A stretch of 64,000 nt of DNA, taken from NCBI RefSeq assembly GCF_009914755.1, contig NC_060927.1. One strand, 5' to 3'. The position numbers were made by a program, and so were the translations under genes. Origin of the DNA: the human T2T-CHM13v2.0 reference genome, Homo sapiens. Shown piece after piece: positions 52,651-64,000 of the stretch. Each line of letters opens with the position of its first letter. The first letter of the stretch is position 1. Under the pieces are notes generated by a model that made no database searches, was not told the origin of the DNA, and worked only from the letters and a program-made list of their open reading frames with translations.

Positions 52651-54807
52651 GAGAAAAAATCAATTTCTCAGAGAGGGAGTGCGTCGGCAAGTCGAGGAGG
52701 GTGAGAGGCCTGGCCCCTCACTCACATTCAGTTTCTTGTGGAGGTGGCTGCAGCCTTTCCTCATTCTTGGAATCCCCGCCTCACAGGAGCTGAAGGGGAG
52801 GGGGCTGTGGAGTGGCTGGTCCTGCCGTCCACATCTCACAGGGAACAATCCTGGTGCAGGACAAGCCATGGGTGCCCAGCCTCTGGTATCTCCCTTGGTC
52901 CTATGAGCCAGGCAGCTTGACTTTCAGTAATGCCATTTTAGCATTTTTTGTTTTTGTTTTTGGCAGATGCAGCTGTTGAGAAGGGGAGGGTTAGGATATT
53001 TCTAACTTAAACCCTAAGTTTCTGGGGAAAGCACCGCCGGCATTTTGGGTTTTTATCAACACAGGACCACAAATACTAGACCTTCTTCAGGAAGCGGAGC
53101 CATGGGGAGGTTTCCACGGTATGTAATGTATCTGGGCAGGTGTCACCTCCAAAGTTGCCATTGAATTTTTATCCACTGCCACTGAAAATGAAAGCAGGCC
53201 TACTGTAGAACTCTCCTAGCCCAGCCTCTGGGAACCTGGATGGGGAGAAGCTGGGAAGGTCCAGGAGGCTGGAGGAAAACCCCAAAGCAGGTGCAGTTGA
53301 AAGGCATGGAGCCTGAGTGTGACAGCAGGTAACCCCCAATGGTCCCTTTCGAAGATGGGGCTCTCAGGCCCCTGCTGCTCTCCAATGCTCCTGACTCAGC
53401 ATCGCAGCCTTTGATGGAGGGCTACCAGGGGCCTTGGCAGAAGCTCCAGGAGTGGGCTTGGGGACATAAGACTGGAAATACACAGGTCTATCTCGTTTCT
53501 CTCACTAGGCTGCAGCAGTCAGGAAAGCTGGCTGCCTCAGGAGAATTGAGGAATTTCCTGTCTTGCACAGACTGAGAAGGCTCAAGGACAAAAATGTTTT
53601 TGTCTTTCCACAGCACTCCCTATTCCTGCCTCTCTGCAATCTCAGCGAGTCCCCAGCCTTACAGAGCTCCGTGCAGATGGGCTCAAATTCCTAGGTGCTA
53701 CCGAAACGTCACCAACTCCAGCGCACTCCCCTTTAAGCCTGTGGCAGTCTTCTCTTCAACCCCACCTTCTCTGGGTTCTTCCCACCGCCCCTGTTTCCTG
53801 GGGATTTGGCAAAGCCAAGCCACCCTGTGGGTCTCAGCCATTGGGAACTAAAAGCCTATCTTCCCCTCCCTCCCCTGGGAGCTCAGAAGTATGCATGAAA
53901 GGGTGGCCTGGGAGCTGCCTCCCACCTGGCAGCTCACTGGTTCCACCTGCAGCCGTGGAGGGGATCCTGGCCTCAGGCAAGTCTGCCTCCGTCTGAAGCC
54001 CCGCTTCCTCATCGGTCTCTAGGGGGAGTCGTGGTATCATCACAGGACTTTGGGTAGTTTTAAAGAGATAATAGGTAAAAAATACTTTGTACAACCATTC
54101 ATTATCAATGAGAATATTTGTATGAGCCTAGCATGAGAACTGACTCACATCTATCCACTTGGGCTCAATTACTCGATGGGTTTATCAGCAGCCAAAGAAC
54201 AAATGGAGTCTGGGCCTCACCCAAGGATTATGGACTCATATTTATACAACCTGAGGCAAATACTGTTAGGAATACAAATGCATTGCTTAAAAATATCATG
54301 GTATATATCTCAAAGTAATTGAGGACAAGTTTTCATTGCACCCCCTCCAGGAGATGACTGAGTGAACTTGGGAGGAACAGCTGATATTTAGTTCTGGTGT
54401 CACTCATTGCCTCTGGCCCTGTGTTTTGTTCCCCAAAGCCCTACAGCAAGAATGAAGGGAATATGGAAATGATTGGGAGTGAATGTTCAGAACGAGCCTG
54501 TTCTCAGACCGGCAAGGTGGGACCCAGTTCCAACTCACCACTCCGCTGTACTGGTGTAGAGACCAGAAGAGAATTAAGGGGAAGTGACTTGGCTAAAATC
54601 ATGGGGCCAGTGTGGGCAGACCCAGAGCCTTCTGGCGACAAGGCTGGGATGTTACGTAGGCGTCTCTTCAAAGGGAACCAGTCTCCACCAATGGTGCCCA
54701 TGGTGACCGCTCCAGGACAAACACACTGTCAGCTGACCCACATCCTAGATCCTTGACAACTGAGAAAAACTAAAGCAGAACAGAGACAAGCCAGGTGAAA
54801 AGGGCAA

Positions 54808-54810
<3 letters not shown>

Positions 54811-54852
<42 letters not shown>
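54811..54852. repeat. (GT)21 microsatellite
   Basis: Uninterrupted GT run. Confidence 0.98.
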
Positions 54853-54854
<2 letters not shown>

Positions 54855-57800
54855 TTCAATTCATTCCAAAGCCAAACAAATTATTCTAGCTCATCTCTGG
54901 CCTCTAGACTCTATCAGTTTCTGCTCACTCTTCTGTGGACTTAGGAAAAATACAAAGGGACAGATGGAAACTGCCATTCTTAACTCATGGCCCTGGCTGT
55001 GTGATCTGAAGCAACCTTCCCAAAGCAAGCCTTGGTGTTCTCTCCTCCAAACTTATGGCAACATAATACTGAAAAGTATGATGTCTACATCATCAGTCTA
55101 ATGCATGGTAATATTGCAGGGTTTTACATGATTCAAAAATAACAATATAAAACAGCTAGAACAATACATGGCATACAAGAAGTATAAAAAAATCAATGTT
55201 TTCTGACTTTCCCAACCCAACTGACTCCTTTGGTTGTGGAAATTCAACCTGATAATAACTGCAATGAGAAAAACCCCCCAAACCAGAACTTTCGTGTAAC
55301 AATGATTCCTTATAAAGCCCAGTGCTCCAGGATTCTAAAAGATGTTCACAGCTCATTCAGTGTTATCCTCAACATCTCAGAAATATTGGGCAGATTGTGT
55401 CTGTTTTACAGTGGAGGGAGCTGAGACTCAGAGAAAGAAGCTCACCTGTCCTAAGGTCCCGGGGCTGCGATGCCCCACGAGGAGGGGGATGCTACTGGCA
55501 GGGTCCTGGTCTGAGTGCTTTCCCTTGACTGTCCTGGGAGCAGAGGCAGGTCTCCTCATTTCTGCGAGGAGCTTTCTGTCATCATTCACATCCATGTCCA
55601 GAGCTACCCATTACCCTGGGAGTCACTCATCTCTGCTTGTCCTTTGGCCTCCTTCTAGCATCATCCTGGTTTAAGGACCAGGGTCTGAGGCAAGAGGCCC
55701 CGGTGGCAAGGTTGTCTCAGAGAGCCCAAGCCTTCTTCATCTTGGGAGGACACACACTGGCCATGGCACACAAATAGCAAGGGATGCTTTGCTGGGACCT
55801 GCCCAGCTCAAATGGGGCCACACTAAATATACCCTGGGTTTCCCCACAGCTGTGCCTCCTGCTGCTCTACTGAGACTGAGCCCAGAGAGGGCCTTCTTTC
55901 TGGAGTGCAGAAAGGGCTGAGTCTCCTTGTTTTCCTTGCCTAGGATTAAGGATCTAAAGCGTATATTTCTGTTGCTCTGTTACTTGGTATTAGCCAATTC
56001 ATTCACAGACTCAGTCATTAAACTGCCACTGTCCCATTTTGACAGAATGGAAAAGGATTGATCCGGCTATCCTCCAATGGGAAAGACAAGCACAATGACT
56101 AAGAATAAGCCAAAGCAGATGCTGACAAGTAAAAATGATGCCATGTAGACAAAGCTGTTAATAGGACTTAAGAAAGAGCAAGAATGGGAGAAAGGGAAGA
56201 ACAGAGAGAAGAGAGAGAGAATGTGAGGAAAAGAGAGGGGGAAAAGGGAAGCAAAGGAAGGTGGAGAGAATGAGAGACAGACAGATATATGCACTCTGCC
56301 CTTTATGATTCTACTGACCCATGGATTTTTTCCATCCTTGCCATTTTGGCTGTTTTTGACTCATTAGAAGTTGTTTTTGAAGCCAGTTCCTAGTCATGAA
56401 ACTATACATGAAATGATTGCTCTGGTGAAGCAAAGTCATCAAATAAATGACCTATCAGGATCCCAGGCAGCCATGCAAAAAGCCCATGGGCTGAAGCAGG
56501 TGGGGGCCTGGTGCTGCTTCTGATCGGCTGGGCTACTGTGGGCAGCTGACACCACCTCCTGAGCATCACTTTCTTCATCTGTAAAGTGAATTTGGAAGTG
56601 TCAAGTGGAGTTGTGAGAATTAAATAAAACAAGCCAGCTTTTCTAGCCTATTAGACTTTTCCTATCAAACAATTCCTTCTTAAAAACAAATTGATAGTGG
56701 TTTTACTTTAAAAACCTTAATATAAATTGATACGCAACATGGCGTTTTGGAAAGCTTTTATTTAGAGGACGAGTTAGACATCCACAGAACGGGAGCAGTT
56801 TGTTACCTCATGCACTAATTCTTCTTGTAAAATAATCAGTAAAGCCTCTTCTTCAAACCCAGCACCAGGAGCGAGGCCTTTACCTCCTTTAGGACCTGAC
56901 ACTAGGAATCCACTGCTGCCTTTGTCCTGGTGGCTGGCCAGGATCTGGCATCTCCTTCTGCACTACAATAATTCTGCTGTCTTCCCTTCACGGCCCTTGC
57001 TTTTCTTTCCGTGGTTTTAGCAGGAAAAACAACTAACTTCTGAATTTCTCCTTATAAGTGTGTTTTTCTACCTGCCAACATTTGCTGATCAACTTGCTAC
57101 TTTCTGAAGCCCCATGCTCCTGGATCCAAATTTGCATTCAACGCATGTTTGCCTTAATCTTGGATCTACCAAATATTTTCCTTAGGCTTTGAACATGAGC
57201 TGTATTCCTTAGTTATTACAATGCAAAATACCATTCCAGCAGCAATTCTGATTCACTCCAAACCCCGTTATACTATGAAAATTCAAGAAATCACCAATTG
57301 AGGGGGCACCATGGAAGCACAGTTCCCCCATCTTCCTTTATTTGGAGTTGAAAATCCAGCATGGTCCAGGGATCACCACCAGCCTCCTCCTTTCCCTAAA
57401 TTCCAGGATTGTGAACTCTGGAGGATTCATCAAAGGAGAGTTACATTCTCCCTGCTGACATGCCACACAGCCCCTTCCCATTTCCAGGGGGTTTGTGCAA
57501 GCTGTAAATCCCCAGGGCATCTGAATTCCCCTTAAACAAAAGGCTGTCTCCTAACCAAACAGAACCTTCTTGAAGTCAGCAAAATGGCTACTTTGTGGCA
57601 TAAAAAGGATTCTTCTTCCCAGAGCCTTGTTCTCTTTTGGCCTCCCTTCCTCCCAGAACTTAAGAAGCAAATAGGAAGAGAAGTGTGCAAGGAAAAGAAT
57701 GAAAGGAACGAAGATGTATAATATCCCAAAAAAGATCTCTGACCAGTCATTACTGGTCAGGGTTGCTAGCTGGGAAGCAAGGATCACTGAAACCACAGCA

Positions 57801-58201
57801 TTTTCCCTGTCTTAGAAGTTATAATCACACTCTAAACATAAAGGTATGGCACCTAAACTACCCACTGTTCCCTCCCAGTGTGGGCCTGAAAACCACACTC
57901 TTAGTTACACTATCATCACATGGGTCACATTTTGCCACTAGGAGCTCAATGCTGCGATTCTGGATAGCATTCTTGATCTGGGTCTCCATGTAATTATGAC
58001 CGACTATAGGCTGTAGAGGTGGAGAGTTATAAAGCTCTATAATGGCCCTATTAGTAAAATGAGGCTCAAGTTCTATGGTATGGGCATAAACTTACAAGTA
58101 TATGCTCAGAAGTCTTTCTGTAACATGAAGAACCCACATGGTACACAAACCCAACTCTGTACTCTACCTACATAAAATGAAAATATTGGTTATAAATTTT
58201 A

Positions 58202-59850
58202 ACACCTACTGTGTACACCTACTCTGATACTATTCCTAATATCCTAAAAATAAATAGGACTCCCAATATCACAGTTGGTGTACACACTGTGATATTATTT
58301 GTAATATTCCAGTGGGATGTTACTCCTCAGGTCACAGGGGGTTAATAGCCTGGGTCAGTATTCCTCATATTCCAGGGCAGTGATACTCCTAAAGTCACAG
58401 GGTGTGTACCCCCTGTGATGTTATTCATCCTATTCTAGGGGGATGTTACTCCTAATGTCACAGGGATGTACACCCTGTGATATTATTCATAGTATACCAG
58501 AGGGATATTAGTACTAATGTCACAATGCATCTACACCTTGTGATATTATTCATAATATCCTAATGTCACAGGGGGTGTGTTCCCTGTGATATTCTTCCTA
58601 ACATCCTAGACGGATATTGCTCCTAACGTCACAGGGTGTGTACACCTTGTCACATCATTCATAATATCCTAAAACCACGTTATTCCTCAGGTCACGGGGT
58701 GTTCACCCTGTGATATTATTCATCATAGTTTTGTGGGATGTTACTCCTAATGTCACATAGAGTGTACACAGAGTCACACAGTGATATGACTTGTAATATT
58801 CTGTAGAAATTTTACTCATAAATCACAGGGGCTGTACGTACCTCCTGTGATATTATTCGTAATATTCTAGGGGAATGTTACTACTATTGTCACAGGGGGT
58901 GTACACACTGTGATATGACTCGTCATATCCTAGCGGGATGTTACTACTAATGTCTCAATGCATGTACACCCTGTGATATTATTTGTAATATCCTAAAGAG
59001 ATGTTACTACTAAAGTCACAATGCATGTACACCCTCTGATATTATTCGTTATATCCTCGGGGGATGTTACTCCTAATGTCACAGGGGGTGTACTCCCTGT
59101 GATATTATTCATAATATCCTAGGGGGGGAATTATTTTTAATGTCACTGGGGGTGTATATCATGTGTATTCAATGCCTGTGATACTATTCTTAATATCCTA
59201 GGGGCATGTTCCTACTAATGTCACATGGGGTGTACACCATGTGTGTACACCTGCTATGATATTATTCCTAATATCCCAGGGGAATGTTACTCCTGATGGC
59301 GCAGGAGGTGTACACCACGTGTGTACATGGCCTGTGTTATTATTCATAGTATCCTAAGGGGATGTTTCTTTTAATGTCACAAAGAGTGTACAAAATGTCA
59401 CAGAAGTTGTACACCTTGTGACGTTATCTGTAATACCCTAGAAGGATGTTACTCCTAATATGTCACAGGGGTGTACACACTTTGATATTATTTGTAATCT
59501 CATAGAGAGATATGACTTCAAATATCACAGTGGATGTATGCACATAGTGTATACCCTGTGATATTATTCATAATATCCTAGGGAGATACAACTCGTGATA
59601 TCACAGTGCATGTACCCCGTGTGTACACACCCTTGATATTAGTCATCATATCCAGGGTAAATATTACTCCTAATATCACACAGTGTGCACACCCTGTGAT
59701 ATTTTTCATCATATTTTAGGGAGATATTGCTTCTAATATCACAGTGGGTGTACTCCATGTGTGTAGACTCTGTGACAGTATATTTTATATCCTAGGGAGG
59801 TATTACTCCTAATATCACAGTGGGTGTTCACCCTGTGATATCATTCTTAT
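58202..59850. repeat. SATR1/SATR2-family satellite array, about 25 diverged units of mostly ~62-63 bp
   Basis: Recurring unit gtcacaggg-gtgtacac-cctgtgatattattcataatatcctagggggatgttactcctaat. gtcaca starts at 58394, 58457 and 58519. This satellite is known to accompany OR7E duplicons. Confidence 0.9.
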
Positions 59851-59914
59851 TGACCTTGCTGCCTTTTTTAACCCACACTACAAAAGGAATGGAACAGATA
59901 AGAAGATATTGAGA

Positions 59915-60841
59915 TTAGACCGTGCTGCCATGCGGCCGCTGCACGACACTTTTAATATCCCTGTTTCTCAGGCTGTAGATGAAGGGGTTCAGCATGGGTG
60001 TGACCACCATGTACATCACTGAGGCCACTGCAGCCTTTCTCAGGGAAGATGACACATCTGAACTGAGGTACCCTCCAAAGCCTGTTCCATAATATCAGCA
60101 AACAACTCACAGATGGGGAAGGCTTTACACCTCCCACAGATGATGAAACCCTCAGAATGGAGGAAACAATTACATGGTAAGAGAAAAGGGTCCCCGAGAT
60201 GGGAAGAAAACCAAATATGGCAGCGGGGAAATACATGATTATGTGATTGGTGAAGGTGTCACAACATGTGAGATGGGGGAGTTGAGAAGGGTCACAGAGG
60301 AAATTAGGAATTCCCACATTCTTGAAGCAGGTCATTTTTAAGGCAATCAAGTTGTGCAGCTGAGAAAAAGAAAGAAAAAAAAGACAGCAAAACTAGGAAG
60401 CCACAGAAACACGGGTTCATGATGGCTGAATGATATAGAGGGTGACAGATGGCTACAAACCGGTCATAGGCCATCACACTCAGGAGCATGTCTCTCTTCC
60501 ATGCCTCCAAAAATGGCAAAGAGAGACATCTGAGTCAGGCAGCCTGCATAGGAGATGACTCTGCTGTGAGATTGGATTCCACAATCATCTTGGGGACCAT
60601 GGTGGAGGTGAAACCGATGTCAGGCAAGGACAGGTTGGAGAGGAAGAAGTACATGGGGGTGTGGAGGTGGGAGTCAGGGCTGATGGCCAGGATGATGAGC
60701 AGGTTCCCCAGCACCTTGACCAGGCACATGGACAGGAACAGCCCAGCGAGGACCGGCTGCAGTTCTGGATCCTCTGAGAGTTCTAGGAGGAGGAATATAG
60801 AGACACCTGTTAGACTCTGTCAGTCTGTAGAGTTTGGACAC
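59915..60841 (-). pseudogene. Olfactory receptor family 7E pseudogene (by recalled position possibly OR7E66P; not verified)
   Basis: OR motifs [36 protein letters not shown] and [12 protein letters not shown] are split by frameshifts. In-frame TGA near the N-terminus (TD*QSLTG), no N-terminal ATG, and an SEDPELQP N-terminus typical of family 7. Confidence 0.95.
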
Positions 60842-61524
60842 CTTTTACCCAGAAAAGAGGGTTGAAAAATCGGAAACAAGTAAACCAACACCCAGCGTTG
60901 TGTCTGCATTTTGGATAGAAGCAATTCACAAGTAATGTTTTCAGATTTCAGAGCAATCCACGCTCAGCAATATTTTGCAGTTCTGACAAACTCAATTGTC
61001 TTCTAATGCTTTCATCATTGATTTCTGTGTTATTCACTTCTTGCTGTACACACCTGCCTTAGAGACACTAGATTCAAGAATGTTCCAACAACCAGATCAT
61101 TATATATAACAAATTGGTAATTGCTGGAAAATACAGCCTATCTTTTCCGAAGAAAAATATGTAATAAAACCATTCTCTTCACTTTAAGAAAAAGGTTATC
61201 CTAATTAAAGGAAATTAAGACCTCAAATATTTTATTTCATTCGAATAGATTGATACAAATTCCTTTGATTGAGAACATTTATAAACACCGTATAACAGCT
61301 GAGACCATGCCATCTGGAAATGAAATGAAAGTTGATAGTTCATAAGCAGAAAATAGTTCCACAGGCCAGTTAGGTCCTGGTGATTTCATCATTCTGTTTT
61401 CTAACTTTTCTCCTTGAAGAGATAATTGCTTACTCAAATCGGTGGGTCTTGTTTTAAAATTCATGTAAGCTATCACTCCTGTCCTTAGCTGAGGTAGACT
61501 TAGACTTTTCATCAGAAAGTTTTT

Positions 61525-61823
<299 letters not shown>

Positions 61824-62381
61824 GAATCAAGTAAGTCGAAGTCACACTGATGACAGCCAATTTTTGTGAACCAAAGAAGTGTCAATTCAATAATTAACAT
61901 AGATTTTTACTTTTGCTATCTCCTACGTACCAAGCAAGATATAGCCCCTGCGGAATCAGAAACAAAAGAGACTCGCTTGTTCCTCCCACAATACTCAGTA
62001 CTTACTGAGATAAGGACAAAATAAAATGTCCTGTCTGGAATGCAGGGAAACCAGAACTTCAGGTCAGGGGATATTTCCGTTGAATTGTATGGAATTTAAG
62101 CCTAAAATGTTAACGAATGTATCTAAAATTCAGTTTGCCTTTACTTTATGCATCCATCATGTAGAGATCACGAAGCAGGCACCCATGATCGGTTTAATCA
62201 TCGCTCACTTCCATTGGCTCAATTAGAAATCAACTCAGATGAGAGTGCTGAGTCTCAGAGGATGGACATCTCACCCCTTACTGTACAGATAAGTAGAAAG
62301 GGTGGTATTGAAAATTAATGGCCAGACTCTGAGTCCCGGGTACTATACATGATGGTCTTCCAACTCTCAAAAAGTTGTGGG

Positions 62382-62689
62382 TTTTTCTGTTTCTGTTTTT
62401 GTTTTTTTGAGACGGAGTCTCGTTCTGTTGCCCAGACTGGAGTGCAGTGGAGTGATCTTGGCTCACTGCAACCTCCGCATCCCAGGTTCAAGCTATTCTC
62501 TTGCCTTAGCCTGCTGAGTAGCTGAGATTACAGGCGCCCGCCACTACGCCCGGCTCATTTTTTTCTCTTTTTAGGAGAGACGGGGTTTCACTATGTTGGC
62601 CAGGCTTGTCTCGAACACCTGACCTTGTGATTCGCCTGCCTCAGCCTCCCAAGGTGCTGGGATTACAGGCGTGAGCCACCGCGCCAAGC
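62382..62689 (-). mobile_element. Alu (AluS-type)
   Basis: Full antisense dimer with T-rich tail. Confidence 0.92.
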
Positions 62690-64000
62690 TTCCAAAAGTT
62701 TTAAGCAGAGCTCAGAGGTCTTAACCACAGGCACATCGGAGGAGCATTTTTGAAATGGTTTCCAGCCTCCTCAATAGGAGTGGAAGCCAAACTCCGAATT
62801 TATGGCTCCTTTGAGGAAGTCGAGAGCTGTAAGGAAAGCCAGAAACAGGGGCAAGGGAGAGATGCATCCCGAATGATCCTCTCCCAATTCTTTCTGGAAT
62901 TTTTGATGTGATCTCAGCTGCCCTTTCTATACTTGACACAGTGATTGTGGCACCCACTGGTCTAGCTGTGGTCTACAAGGAATCCCCAAAAGGAAGGGCA
63001 CAGTGAACAGGGGCATAGGCCTGAGTGATAAGGATTTGAGAGGGCAGGTTGGATGCAGGGACAGGACTGGCCAAATGCCATGTGTCTGGATTTAGACTGC
63101 CTGGTTCAAATTGGACTCCACCCTTTTTGACTTCATGATCTTGTAGAAGTTATATGAAAATGCGTTGCTCCTTTTCTAGTCTGTAAAATAATAATGAAAT
63201 GTGCACTAATAACTGGGAGACTACGCAGATGAAATGAAACAGGCTGCATACACCACAGAGCTCAGAGCCTGGCCTTTAGGAAGCCCTCAGTAAGGGTTCA
63301 TGACGCCATGGTGTCTGTCATCATCCTCTTTATCCTCATCATCACCTTCATAATCTTTTTGTTGTTCTGAGGGAATAGTTTAGAGGGATTCCTTCTCTGC
63401 TGTCATGGGTGAGATGTCTATGAAAAGGACAACCAGTGGGGGAGGAAAGCAACATTTTGAATAAGATTTCTGAGACCCCCCCACCACAACCAGGAGCAGT
63501 ATCTCCACAGTCTGCTGAGCTGACAGTTGGCACATTGGTCTCCTCCCATCTGCCCACCACACTCTCCTGTTTGTCCTGAGGATGAGGAAACAAAACAAGG
63601 CTCCCGACCATCCCTTAGCACTCACTGAACTGCCCTTCCTCTCTGCTGGGCCATGACCACGGAGAACAGGTCCACTATCCTCCCTGCGTGGTGCAGTTTG
63701 GAGGCCCAGACTCCGTCCTCAAGGCTGGCCAGAAGACAGGGTGAGACATGAGCCTCCTGATACAGGTGACGGGTGTGGAGCCCACAACACTGGAACCTCA
63801 CACTGCAGGGCTGGAGGCACAGACTGAGTATTTACTATTCTATGGCCTGGGGGGCTCAAGGCACAGAGCTCCTCATTAGCCAAAGTCGCCCAAGTTACCT
63901 CTAAGGATTTTCTCATAATAATGCAAGAAGAAGAGAAAAGTGAGTGTCCACAGAAGCTTTGGGGCTCTTCCTCTAATCAGGAGGAAGCTTGTGTGTACTA

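Noticed and set aside
54811-54852. (GT)21 as a special Z-DNA regulatory element
   Set aside because: Common microsatellite with no nearby promoter evidence.
58202-59850. CRISPR-like array (regularly spaced palindromes)
   Set aside because: The intervening sequences are diverged copies of each other rather than unique spacers. The context is primate DNA with no cas genes, and the unit matches SATR satellite.
59915-60841. Functional olfactory receptor
   Set aside because: Conserved motifs are split by frameshifts, there is an early in-frame stop, no N-terminal ATG, and the TM6 KAFSTC motif is degraded.

Overview
Hominid, most likely human, genomic DNA with no intact protein-coding gene. It reads as a three-part segmental-duplication mosaic. 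(1) About 1-38 kb is repeat-rich, apparently non-coding sequence: a full-length young SVA with a perfect 16-bp TSD, old L1M/L2/MIR/MaLR elements, many Alus, a MER58A with an 8-bp TSD and an abruptly truncated LTR12. (2) About 38-58 kb is an unprocessed partial duplicate of MYLK on the minus strand. It has five exons (138, 198, 250, 72 and 918 bp), all GT-AG, encoding two Ig domains and the DFRxxL actin-binding region but no kinase domain. This matches the known MYLKP1 pseudogene at 3p12.3. (3) About 58.2-64 kb is an OR7E-type duplicon: a SATR-family satellite of ~62-63-bp dyad-symmetric units next to a frameshifted OR7E olfactory receptor pseudogene. I did not find a convincingly new biological system. 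The most testable leads are a 333-codon spliced ORF still open across the MYLK-derived exons, a degenerate internal CArG/TATA promoter with new upstream AUGs, mutation of all three smooth-muscle DFRxxL motifs, the doubly palindromic satellite at the duplicon junction, and a MaLR LTR flanked by an unusual ~56-61-bp duplication. Comparisons with MYLK rely on my recollection of the human protein and exon sizes and need alignment to confirm. Repeat subfamily calls are by eye.
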